Part shown: positions 19,871-28,392 of the stretch, piece by piece | Layout of the letters: each line of letters opens with the position of its first letter | Numbering within the stretch: the first letter of the stretch is position 1 | Assembly (NCBI GenBank): GCA_937927265.1 | Contig: CALBCO010000109.1 | Coordinates: forward strand, 1-34,815 | From: an uncultured Verrucomicrobiae bacterium | GTDB taxonomy: Bacteria; Verrucomicrobiota; Verrucomicrobiia; Palsa-1439 | Direction: 5' to 3' | DNA: 34,815 bases | Notes under the pieces: generated by a model | The model's database searches: none | The model's input: the letters and a program-made list of their open reading frames with translations, nothing else | What the model was told of the DNA's origin: nothing | Made by a program: the position numbers and the translations under genes

Positions 19871-19884
19871 TAGAGTCTTGCCCC

Positions 19885-21711
19885 ATGAAACGCGTTGTCC
19901 TCGTCATGCTTGTCCTGACACTGGTGATTGCCGGCGGCATTGTCGGTTATTTTTATCACACGCTCCGCAAACCCGCGACGCGCGCCGCTGACCTCTTACC
20001 GGAGGCCACGCTCCTGTTTCTGCAAATCCCCGACTGCGACCGGATAGCGGACGAGTTCGCCTCCACCCGGCTCGCCGCGCTCATCCGCGAACCGGCGATG
20101 CAGGCGTTTCTGGAAAAACCCCGGCAGGCCCTTCGCGACGCCGTCCACAGTGCCGGCCCGAATCCCCAAGCGGTCCGCAAACAAATCCTCGCCGCCCTCC
20201 AAGGCGAAGCGTTCATCGCCGTGACCAGCATCACCCCGTTGCCGAAATTCAAAGTCGGCTTGGTCTGCGGCGCCGATGTCCGCCGCAATATCCTGCAAGC
20301 CCGGATCTGGTTGGCCCATTTCGCCCGCACGCTCCGCGCCAACAACCCGAAGGCCCGGTTTGAGTCCAAGCGGCACCGTGGCGTCGCCTACCAAGTCTGG
20401 GAATTCAAACCGGACCTGACCGTTTGCCACTCGTTCCTCAACTCGATGCTCGTCCTCGCGCTCGACGAAGACGACCTGCGCGCCGTCATTGGCCGGTTCA
20501 CCGATCCGACCGGCCCATCGCTTGCCGGCAACCCCCGTTTCCGGGATACTTGCAGTCACATGCCGGCCCATCGCGCATTGCTCGCTTATCTCAACCCCGA
20601 ACTCGTCACCGGCTGGCTGGCGCCGCTGCTGATGTTCTCGCCTCAAGGCCCGGCAACCATCAACAACCTCCGCCGACTCGAAGCCGCCGGCTACAGCCTG
20701 ACGTTCACCGGTGGCGACGCGCAAGAAATCACTTCCATCGCCTACAAAACCGCCCCGCCCGCGACCAACGCGCCGGTCGCTCGCCGTTCCCTCGCGCTCA
20801 CCACACCGGACACGTTGCTGTACGCCGTCCGCACCGCCGACATCGCCGCCGCTTACCAGGAACTGCTCGATTCCGTCGCGCAGCTCCGCAACGAATCGCT
20901 CGCCACCGGCATCGCCGACTTCGAGCACGACCTCCGCCAACGCGGCGTCCGCCTCCGCGACGACGTCCTCGCCCAGCTTGGTCCCGAACTGACGTTGCTC
21001 CTGAACTGGCGCGAAGGCGCGCGCCTTCCGGATTTTGCCATCGTCCTGCAACGACAGCCCGGCAGCGACCGCGCCAAACTCGACACCGCGCTGGAGGCCC
21101 TGAAAACCGCCTTGGCCGGGGACGAACCGTGGGATGAAACGGTGGCGGGCGGCGATACGTTGCACACTGTCCGCTTCGGCGCAAATATTCTCGCGCCGAC
21201 GTACACGGTCACCGCGCCGTATCTGATCGTGGCAAGCACACCGGATTTCATGCGCGAGTTGCTTGGCCAACTCCGGCAACCACAGCCGAACCTCGCCACT
21301 CACCCGCCCTACCAAACCGCCATGAGCCGGTTGCCCGACGGCGGCCAGTCCTGCGCCTACGCCGACCTGCCGGTATTGGTCACGCGACTGTTGGCGCTGG
21401 GGAAAGGCTATGGCGAACGCCTCCCGACCAACGATTATTTCGACCCAAACCAACTCCCACCGGCCGCAGTCTTTGCCAAACATCTGTCGCCATACGTCTC
21501 CACCACCGTGACCGGCCCGCGCCATGTCATCACCACGTCCTACTCGCCGCTCCCCGTCCCGTCGTTTGTCATCGCCGGAGCCGGCATCGGCGCCGTGGCG
21601 GCCTGGGGACATCTCAACGCAATCGCGCCCAAAACGTCTTCAAATACGGACGTTCTCCCTGCGCCACGCGGAAATCGAACGGTTGCGTCGCAAACTCCAG
21701 TTCCTCAATAG
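19885..21711 (+). CDS. Hypothetical membrane-anchored protein (possibly DUF3352-like)
   Basis: N-terminal helix VVLVMLVLTLVIAGGIVGYF, a long soluble region with normal composition, and a C-terminal hydrophobic segment FVIAGAGIGAVAAWG. The antisense 538-aa ORF is G/R/D-rich and judged a shadow. The family assignment is tentative. Confidence 0.6.
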   Translation: MKRVVLVMLVLTLVIAGGIVGYFYHTLRKPATRAADLLPEATLLFLQIPDCDRIADEFASTRLAALIREPAMQAFLEKPRQALRDAVHSAGPNPQAVRKQILAALQGEAFIAVTSITPLPKFKVGLVCGADVRRNILQARIWLAHFARTLRANNPKARFESKRHRGVAYQVWEFKPDLTVCHSFLNSMLVLALDEDDLRAVIGRFTDPTGPSLAGNPRFRDTCSHMPAHRALLAYLNPELVTGWLAPLLMFSPQGPATINNLRRLEAAGYSLTFTGGDAQEITSIAYKTAPPATNAPVARRSLALTTPDTLLYAVRTADIAAAYQELLDSVAQLRNESLATGIADFEHDLRQRGVRLRDDVLAQLGPELTLLLNWREGARLPDFAIVLQRQPGSDRAKLDTALEALKTALAGDEPWDETVAGGDTLHTVRFGANILAPTYTVTAPYLIVASTPDFMRELLGQLRQPQPNLATHPPYQTAMSRLPDGGQSCAYADLPVLVTRLLALGKGYGERLPTNDYFDPNQLPPAAVFAKHLSPYVSTTVTGPRHVITTSYSPLPVPSFVIAGAGIGAVAAWGHLNAIAPKTSSNTDVLPAPRGNRTVASQTPVPQ

Positions 21712-23095
21712 CCCGCCCGGTCTTGCTCAGCATCGCCTCGAACTCGTGCGCCGGCAGCGTGCGCTGGTTCGTCGAACAAAACAGCCAGCCGCCCGGTTTG
21801 ACCAACGCGCCCGCCAACGTCGCCAGTTCCCCGTAATCCCGCCCCGCCCGAAACACACGGCCGCCTTTTGTGGTGGAAAACGTCGGAGGATCCAGCAACA
21901 CCACGTCCCACTGCCGGCCCTGTTTGCCAAACCGTTTCAACCAGTCAAACACGTCGCCGAAAATGAAATCGTGCCTTGGAGTGCGCTGGCTTGACAGTGC
22001 CTTGCCGTTCTCCGAAGGCGGCGTCAAGCCGCCGCACTCCAAACCATTGATGCGAAAGTTCTCGCGGCCCCAGTCGAGATACCGGCGGGACAAATCCACG
22101 CTCGTCGTCGCCGCGCCCGCCTTCGCTGCCGCCACCGAAAACGCGCAGGTGTGGGCAAAACAATTCAACACGTTCTTTCCGGCCAACGGCATGTGCTGCA
22201 ACCGCCATCGGTTCTCGCGCTGATCGGCAAACAAGCCGGTCCCCAACCCTTCACCAAAGTTCACTAGAAACTTCACCCCGTTCTCCAACACCGTGAACCG
22301 CTCTCCCGCGGCTGGCGCTGTCCGCTTGTGCCTGGTCACAAATTGCTCCACCACCGGACCGAGTTTCGCGACCAACTCCGGTTGCGTCTGCTCCGTCTGC
22401 CATTGCACCAGCAACCGCCCCGCGTACGAATCCACTACGACACCCGGGAAGCTGTCCGCCGCGTCGTTGATGAGCCGGTACGCATTCGTGTCCTCGCCGA
22501 ACAACAATTCCCGAAACTCTCGTGCGGCCGTCAACGGATCCAGCGACTCGAACGCGCGCGGCACGCTCGCTTGGAACGTCACTGGCTGATCCGTTGCCGG
22601 ATGCCGAAACGTGATCCGATGGGCATGGAGCATCAACCGCGGCGCGGCCACACCGCCGTACTCGGTGTCGCCGACAATCGGAAAACCGCTCTCCGCTGCG
22701 TGCCGCCGGATCTGGTGCGTCTTGCCGGTGATCGGCCGCGCCTTGACGAGGAACCACCGGCCGCACGGTTCCTGAAATTCAAACTCGGTCTCCGCTCCTC
22801 CCGACCGCGCGTGGAAGCGCGACCGGGTTGGTTTGACGGCACTGAGCAACAGGTACCGTTTGTCCACCGTGTGCTGCTCGAATTGCCGGGCGAGTGATTG
22901 ATTGGCGCGGGTCGTCTTGCCAAACACCAGCACGCCGGACGTGTCTTTGTCGAGCCGGTGGAGGATGGAAAGCTTCCGCCCGTGCTTCGTCAGCCACTCG
23001 TGGATGCCGTCCGGCGTGAACCGGTCGGGCTTGTGAGTGTTGATCCCAGACGGTTTGTGAACGACCAGCAGGTCGGCGTCTTCGAAGAGAATCAT
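21614..23095 (-). CDS. Fusion protein: RluA-family pseudouridine synthase (N) and RlmI/YwbD-like class I SAM methyltransferase (C)
   Basis: N-terminal part: LLVVHKPSG, HRLDKDTSG, GKTHQIR. C-terminal part: TNAYRLINDAADSFPGVVVDSYAG, LNCFAHTCAFSVAAA, VVLLDPP, PYLKTFW. It is a single uninterrupted ORF. ATG 23095 shares one base with the HIT stop (TGATG). Confidence 0.8.
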   Translation of the reverse strand: MILFEDADLLVVHKPSGINTHKPDRFTPDGIHEWLTKHGRKLSILHRLDKDTSGVLVFGKTTRANQSLARQFEQHTVDKRYLLLSAVKPTRSRFHARSGGAETEFEFQEPCGRWFLVKARPITGKTHQIRRHAAESGFPIVGDTEYGGVAAPRLMLHAHRITFRHPATDQPVTFQASVPRAFESLDPLTAAREFRELLFGEDTNAYRLINDAADSFPGVVVDSYAGRLLVQWQTEQTQPELVAKLGPVVEQFVTRHKRTAPAAGERFTVLENGVKFLVNFGEGLGTGLFADQRENRWRLQHMPLAGKNVLNCFAHTCAFSVAAAKAGAATTSVDLSRRYLDWGRENFRINGLECGGLTPPSENGKALSSQRTPRHDFIFGDVFDWLKRFGKQGRQWDVVLLDPPTFSTTKGGRVFRAGRDYGELATLAGALVKPGGWLFCSTNQRTLPAHEFEAMLSKTGRAIEELEFATQPFDFRVAQGERPYLKTFWARLR

Positions 23096-23439
23096 CAACC
23101 CGGTGGCCAGCCCATTTCCCGGCCGCCAAGCAGATGGACGTGCAAATGCGGTACGCTCTCGCCGGCGTGCGGGCCTTTGTTGATCACCAGCCGGTAACCA
23201 GTCGCGTCAATCCCCTCCTGCCGGGCCAATTGCGCGGCCACGGTCAACAAGTGGCCCAGGACCGGTTCATCACTGGTTTGCGCCGCGCCGATGTTCGGAA
23301 TGTCCTTCTTCGGCACGACGAGGATGTGGACCGGCGCTTTCGGCGCAATGTCCCAAAACGCCATCACCCGATCGTCCTCGAAGACGATTTGGGCCGGGAT
23401 TTCTTTGGCAATGATCTTGGCAAAAATATTGTCGCCCAT
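23095..23439 (-). CDS. HIT family (histidine triad) nucleotide-binding protein
   Basis: MGDNIFAKIIAKEIPA start and the histidine triad HLHVHLLGG. Confidence 0.92.
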   Translation of the reverse strand: MGDNIFAKIIAKEIPAQIVFEDDRVMAFWDIAPKAPVHILVVPKKDIPNIGAAQTSDEPVLGHLLTVAAQLARQEGIDATGYRLVINKGPHAGESVPHLHVHLLGGREMGWPPG

Positions 23440-23442
23440 CGG

Positions 23443-23988
23443 TTAATCTCCCATTTGCACCTGCACCGGCTTGGCCTGCTGAGTCAGCCGTCTCCGAATG
23501 TGGCCGATGATTTCCTCCGCCAACTGCCGACACCCCGCGCTCCAATGCCGTGTCCCGCGCAACCGCATTACGCACGAACGCAACCCGCGCAGCCGCACTA
23601 GCCCGGTTGCCTCGGTCAGCGCCACGTCAAGTTGCCGAAAGAATGCCAACTCAAACCCGCCACCGCTCTCGGTCACCAATTGATCGAGTCGGATTTCCGT
23701 GCCGTCGCAGCCGGCCCGATACGTCATGGCCACGTCTTCTTGCCCCAGCGCCAAGAGCGCCTCCGTCACCAGCCGGCACAGATCTTCGGCCCCGACTACG
23801 CGCCCGGCGACCTCATCGCAAATAAAGCGATGGATCGCCATGGCAATCGGCTCCGCCAACCACCAATCCGCATGGCCCGCCCGTGCCGCCGCGGCGGCCA
23901 ATTCCCCGGCCAACCGATCAGCCAACAATACCTGTTGGCGATCGTCGGTCTGCCGTACCCACGCAATATCTTCGCGGAGCTGAATCAT
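23443..23988 (-). CDS. Hypothetical protein, no family recognised
   Basis: 181-aa ORF with ordinary L/A/R/E-rich composition. ATGA-coupled to the nrdR stop (23985-23988) and ends 3 nt before the HIT start. Confidence 0.55.
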   Translation of the reverse strand: MIQLREDIAWVRQTDDRQQVLLADRLAGELAAAAARAGHADWWLAEPIAMAIHRFICDEVAGRVVGAEDLCRLVTEALLALGQEDVAMTYRAGCDGTEIRLDQLVTESGGGFELAFFRQLDVALTEATGLVRLRGLRSCVMRLRGTRHWSAGCRQLAEEIIGHIRRRLTQQAKPVQVQMGD

Positions 23989-24437
23989 TTCTTGCCCAGG
24001 TTTTGAATTTCTCGAATGAACTCGCCGGTGTCGCGGAACTGCCGGTACACCGAAGCGAACCGGACATACGCCACCTCGTCGAGCTCACGCAAGTAGCGCA
24101 TCAGGCGTTCACCGATTTCGCGTGAAGGAATTTCTTTGCCGAATTCGTTTTCCAGTTCATTGATCACGCGTTCAGCCAAGGCTTCGATCTGTTCGGTGCT
24201 GATGGGGCGTTTCCCGCAGGCTTTCTGGATACCGCCCACGAGTTTGGCCCGATCAAAATCCTGGAAACTGCCGTCGCGTTTCTGAACGCGGAGTTGTTCG
24301 CGATGGATTTCCTCGTAGGTGGTAAAGCGCGTGCCGCAATTCAAACATTCGCGCCGGCGCCGAATCACGCCACCGTCTTCGCTGGCGCGCGAATCAATGA
24401 CCTTGTCCTCCAAATTACCACACTTCGGGCAACGCAT
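23985..24437 (-). CDS. nrdR: Transcriptional repressor NrdR
   Basis: MRCPKCG...CLNCGTRFTTYE zinc ribbon followed by an ATP-cone. ATG 24437 is preferred over the track start at 24452. Confidence 0.93.
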   Translation of the reverse strand: MRCPKCGNLEDKVIDSRASEDGGVIRRRRECLNCGTRFTTYEEIHREQLRVQKRDGSFQDFDRAKLVGGIQKACGKRPISTEQIEALAERVINELENEFGKEIPSREIGERLMRYLRELDEVAYVRFASVYRQFRDTGEFIREIQNLGKK

Positions 24438-24497
24438 AGTCCTTGTTACCATGCCATCTGTCGTAATTCAAGACTCGTTATGCTATACTCGCCGCCA

Positions 24498-25361
24498 ATG
24501 CGCGGACGTCTTATGAGTCAAGTCCTCTTCCTTCTCGCGGCCCTGGTGGCAGTCTTGTTGTTTCTGCGCTGGCGTGAACCCCATCTGCTCTATTTCCCGA
24601 TGCGCGACCTCGAACTCACTCCTGATCGCCTCGGTTGGCAATACGAAGACGTGTGGCTGACAACTGCCGATGGCGTCCGCATCCACGGCTGGTGGTTGCC
24701 AGCCCCCCATCCCCCTTCACCCATCACCATTCTGTTCTTTCACGGCAACGCCGGCAACATCTCACACCGAACCGAGAAACTCGAAATCTTCCGCTCCCTC
24801 GACGTCAATGTTCTCATCTTAGACTACCGCGGCTACGGCCAAAGCACCGGCATCCCGAACGAACCAGGCACCTACGCTGACGCCCGCGCCGCGTATGATT
24901 ACCTGGTCGGGACAGACGGCCCGGGCGTCCGCTCCGGCACCGCCGGCGCGCCCAGCGGTCGCGCCCTACCGGCGACACATATTGTCTTGTATGGCGAATC
25001 GTTGGGCGCCGCCGTCGCAGTACAACTGGCCACCGAAGTAACGGTCGGCGGCGTCATCCTCGAAGAACCGTTCACCTCCGTCGGCGACATGGCGCAGAAG
25101 ATGTTTCCCTTTCTGCCGGTCCGCTGGCTTGTCCGCAATAAATACGACACGATCAAGAAAATCGACCGGATCAACGCCCCACTGTTGATCTTCCACAGCC
25201 CCACCGACGAAATCACTCCCTTCGGCCACGGCCAACGACTCTTTGCCGCCGCACGCGAACCGAAGCACTTTGTCGAACTGCGCGGTAGCCACAACGACGC
25301 ATTCCTCGTCAGCACCAACACCTACCGGGCTGCACTTGCGGAGTTTCTGCGGAGTCGGTAG
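24498..25361 (+). CDS. Alpha/beta hydrolase (BEM46/ABHD13-like), N-terminal anchor
   Basis: Anchor VLFLLAALVAVLLFL, HGNAGN, nucleophile elbow GESLG, and C-terminal SHND. The start is ATG 24498 or 24513. Confidence 0.82.
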   Translation: MRGRLMSQVLFLLAALVAVLLFLRWREPHLLYFPMRDLELTPDRLGWQYEDVWLTTADGVRIHGWWLPAPHPPSPITILFFHGNAGNISHRTEKLEIFRSLDVNVLILDYRGYGQSTGIPNEPGTYADARAAYDYLVGTDGPGVRSGTAGAPSGRALPATHIVLYGESLGAAVAVQLATEVTVGGVILEEPFTSVGDMAQKMFPFLPVRWLVRNKYDTIKKIDRINAPLLIFHSPTDEITPFGHGQRLFAAAREPKHFVELRGSHNDAFLVSTNTYRAALAEFLRSR

Positions 25362-25370
25362 GATTGGCGC

Positions 25371-26615
25371 ATGGCTGAAATTCAACCGTTCCGCGGCGTC
25401 CTGTATAACACCGACCGGGTCGAACCGGCCGACGTGCTCACCCAACCTTACGACAAGATCACTCCCGAAATGCGCGAGCGCTACCTTGCCGCGTCGCCGT
25501 ACAACCTCATCCGCATCGAACTCGGCGAAGAAGAGCCGGGCGACTCCGACGCGAATAACAAATACACCCGCGCCGCCGCTCTTTATCGGCAGTGGTTGAC
25601 CGACGGCATCCTGCGCCGCGCCGACCGGCCCGCGCTGTACTGGCTAGAACAGACATTCAACGGAAAAACACGGCACGGATTGATCGCCGCAGTGAAACTC
25701 CACCGCTGGGACGAAGGCATCATCCTGCCGCACGAACACACGCTCTCCAAACCCAAAGCCGACCGGCTGTCCCTGCTCCGCGCCGTCGGCGCCCAGCAGG
25801 GACAAATCTTCATGCTCCACCCGGACCCTTTAGACACTTCAGCACTTTGTCGCCTCGGCGCTCCACTTTACGAATTGGTGGACGACTACCAAGTCACGAA
25901 TCGGCTGTGGGAAATCGCAGATCCGTCGGCCATCCACTCCATCCAATCTTCCATCCTCCCCCAAACGCTTTACATCGCCGACGGCCATCACCGCTATGAA
26001 ACCGCCCTCGCCTATCGGGACGAAGCCGGCACCGAGCCGTCGAAGTACGTCATGGCGACCCTCGTGGACATGAACGACCCCGGTCTCGTGATTCTCCCGA
26101 CGCACCGGACCATTGCCAATCTCACCGGCTTCAATCCGCGCCAGTTCCGTGAGAAATTGGCCAATAGTTTTCATGTAGAACAGGCTTCCAGCCTGTCCGC
26201 TGTCATCCCCGATGGATGGGCGGGACGCCCATCCCACGAGGTGGGAATGTACGACGGCACAGGGTTCTTCACCGTGCGCCCCAAAAACACGTCCGCCCTC
26301 AAACCGCTCTTTGCCAACAAACCGCCGCTCTGGGATACGCTCGACGTGGCCATTCTGCACGTCGCCATCCTCGAACGCTATCTGGGGATTGACGACCAAA
26401 AGTTGCGCGAAGAAGCCAACGTCGCCTATTGGCGCGAGCCAGAGAAGGCATTGGAGCAAGTCACCGTCGGCACAGCTCAACTGGCGTTTTTTCTCCAGCC
26501 CACTCCGGTCCGTGCGGTGAAAGCCGTGGCCGACGCCCGATCGCGGATGCCGCAGAAGAGTACCGATTTTTACCCGAAACTACTCTCCGGTATGGTCATG
26601 TACGAAGTGCGTTGA
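25371..26615 (+). CDS. DUF1015 domain-containing protein
   Basis: MAEIQPFRGVLYN...QPYDKIT N-terminus, PHEHT, YIADGHHRYETA, ILPTHR. Confidence 0.8.
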   Translation: MAEIQPFRGVLYNTDRVEPADVLTQPYDKITPEMRERYLAASPYNLIRIELGEEEPGDSDANNKYTRAAALYRQWLTDGILRRADRPALYWLEQTFNGKTRHGLIAAVKLHRWDEGIILPHEHTLSKPKADRLSLLRAVGAQQGQIFMLHPDPLDTSALCRLGAPLYELVDDYQVTNRLWEIADPSAIHSIQSSILPQTLYIADGHHRYETALAYRDEAGTEPSKYVMATLVDMNDPGLVILPTHRTIANLTGFNPRQFREKLANSFHVEQASSLSAVIPDGWAGRPSHEVGMYDGTGFFTVRPKNTSALKPLFANKPPLWDTLDVAILHVAILERYLGIDDQKLREEANVAYWREPEKALEQVTVGTAQLAFFLQPTPVRAVKAVADARSRMPQKSTDFYPKLLSGMVMYEVR

Positions 26616-27219
26616 CCCGGCGCATGATCTGTCTCGCCAACTTTGACTTTGGCATTTCCGGCAACGGCTCCACCCGTCCGTCGGCGTAAAGCAACGTTAC
26701 CCGGTTGGTGTCCGCTTCCATTGCCTGCACCGGGTTGGCGACGATCATGTCGAGATTTTTGCGCTGCAATTTCTCGCGGGCGTTTGCCACAAGCCGGTCG
26801 GTCTCGGCCGCAAAGCCGACCAACCGTTGTCGGGTCTTGCGACGGCCCAACTCCGCCAGAATGTCCGTCGTCGGCTTCAATTCCAGCGTTAAGCCGATGT
26901 CCAAACGGCTTTTTTTGATTTTCCCCCGTGCCTTTTTGCTCGGCCGATAATCGCACACCGCTGCCGCCATGATCACCAAATCGGTCTGACGGTAACGGCG
27001 GAATACCTCCCGCGCCATCTCGGCCGCTGTCGTCACCGGCACAAATTCCACACCTGCCGGCGGTTTGAGTGCCACTGGCCCGCTGACCAGCGTCACCTGT
27101 CCATACCGACGCGCCGCACGCGCTAGGGCATATCCCATCTTACCCGAAGAACGGTTGGAAATGTACCGCACGGGATCAAAGAACTCCCGCGTCGGCCCGG
27201 CAGTGATGAGAATCTTCAT
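26596..27219 (-). CDS. coaB: Phosphopantothenate-cysteine ligase (stand-alone CoaB)
   Basis: MKILITAGPTREFFDPVRYISNRSSGKMG, AAAVCDYRP. The ATG overlaps the coaC stop (ATGA at 27216-27219), in a different frame from coaC. Confidence 0.88.
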   Translation of the reverse strand: MKILITAGPTREFFDPVRYISNRSSGKMGYALARAARRYGQVTLVSGPVALKPPAGVEFVPVTTAAEMAREVFRRYRQTDLVIMAAAVCDYRPSKKARGKIKKSRLDIGLTLELKPTTDILAELGRRKTRQRLVGFAAETDRLVANAREKLQRKNLDMIVANPVQAMEADTNRVTLLYADGRVEPLPEMPKSKLARQIMRRVNALRT

Positions 27220-27764
27220 GTGAGCAACTGCTGTGTCCACGCGACAATCTGGTCCACAGGCCACAATCGGCCAATTCCTTCGTAGCCGCAGGCCAGCATC
27301 CCCTTCTCCGGCCCAATAAACTCCACGCCGCGCGATTGGAGCAATTGGACGTTCGTCTGTGTGGCCGGGTGCAGCCACATCTTGCCGTTCATCGCCGGGG
27401 CCACCAGCACTTTACACTCCGGCCGCAACGCCAAGGCGACCGTCGAAAGCGCGTCATCGGCCAATCCAATCGCCATCTTGGCAATGATGTTCGCCGTGGC
27501 CGGCGCGACCAGCAACACATCTGCCGTGTCGGCCAGTGGCAAATGACTAGGTTGCCATTCCTTCACCTCGGCAAACAAGTCCACCAGCACCGGATGCCGC
27601 GACAATGTCTGCAACGTCAGCGGCGTGATAAACTGCGTCGCGTCCTTTGTCATCACACAGAACACCTCATGTCCGGCCTTCGTCAACTGGCTGGCAATCT
27701 CCGCCGCCTTATACGCCGCGATCGAACCGGTAACACCTAGAATAATAGTTCGTTTTGCTGCCAT
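27216..27764 (-). CDS. coaC: Phosphopantothenoylcysteine decarboxylase flavoprotein (stand-alone CoaC)
   Basis: MAAKRTIILGVTGSIAAYKA, VAPATANIIAKMA, APAMN. ATG 27764 lies 28 nt inside the end of gmk. Confidence 0.88.
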   Translation of the reverse strand: MAAKRTIILGVTGSIAAYKAAEIASQLTKAGHEVFCVMTKDATQFITPLTLQTLSRHPVLVDLFAEVKEWQPSHLPLADTADVLLVAPATANIIAKMAIGLADDALSTVALALRPECKVLVAPAMNGKMWLHPATQTNVQLLQSRGVEFIGPEKGMLACGYEGIGRLWPVDQIVAWTQQLLT

Positions 27765-28384
27765 GGTTGATCCTTTGGGTGACGGCTGCTCCGGCATTTC
27801 TCAGCAATGATGATCGCCTTGCCACGCGCCAGATCCTCATCGAGCGAACCACTGACGATAACATAATCGTACTCCCCCCAGCGCGTCATCTCTTCCTTGG
27901 CCACCGCCAACCGCTTGCGGATGGTTTCCTCGCTGTCGGTACCCCGTCCCCGCAACCGACGTTCAAGCAATTCAAGCGAAGGCGGCATCAGAAAGATCAT
28001 CACAAGCGACTCCGGATAGGCAAATTGCCCGCTCCGCACCCGGTGGGCGAGTTGTCCGGCGCCCTGTACTTCGATGTCAAGCAACACGTCCTTGCCGGCG
28101 GCGAGTTGTTCCTCCACGAACCGGCGGGGAGTGCCGTAATAGTGGCCGTTGTATTGCGCGTGTTCGAGGAGCTCGCCCCTCGCGATTTTTTCCTCAAACT
28201 CCGGGACGCTCAGAAAAAAGTAATCCCGTCCGTGCTGTTCGCCGCCACGGGGCGCGCGGGTGGTGCACGACACCGAATACACAAGGTTCGGCGACCAGTT
28301 CAGCAATCGCTGGCAAAGCGAACTTTTCCCGCCGCCCGACGGTGCCGACACCACGATGATCAAACCTGTGCCTTGATCGCTCAT
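27737..28384 (-). CDS. gmk: Guanylate kinase
   Basis: P-loop SAPSGGGKSS, TTRAPRGGE, YYGT. ATG 28384 (the track TTG at 28390 is two codons upstream). Confidence 0.92.
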   Translation of the reverse strand: MSDQGTGLIIVVSAPSGGGKSSLCQRLLNWSPNLVYSVSCTTRAPRGGEQHGRDYFFLSVPEFEEKIARGELLEHAQYNGHYYGTPRRFVEEQLAAGKDVLLDIEVQGAGQLAHRVRSGQFAYPESLVMIFLMPPSLELLERRLRGRGTDSEETIRKRLAVAKEEMTRWGEYDYVIVSGSLDEDLARGKAIIIAEKCRSSRHPKDQPWQQNELLF

Positions 28385-28392
28385 AAACAATC

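Noticed and set aside
19996-21612. 538-aa antisense ORF, and the 237-aa same-strand alternate-frame ORF (20424..21137) inside the DUF3352-like gene
   Set aside because: Gly/Arg/Asp-rich or Arg/Pro-rich compositions. The + strand frame starting at 19885 has a transmembrane anchor and ordinary globular composition.
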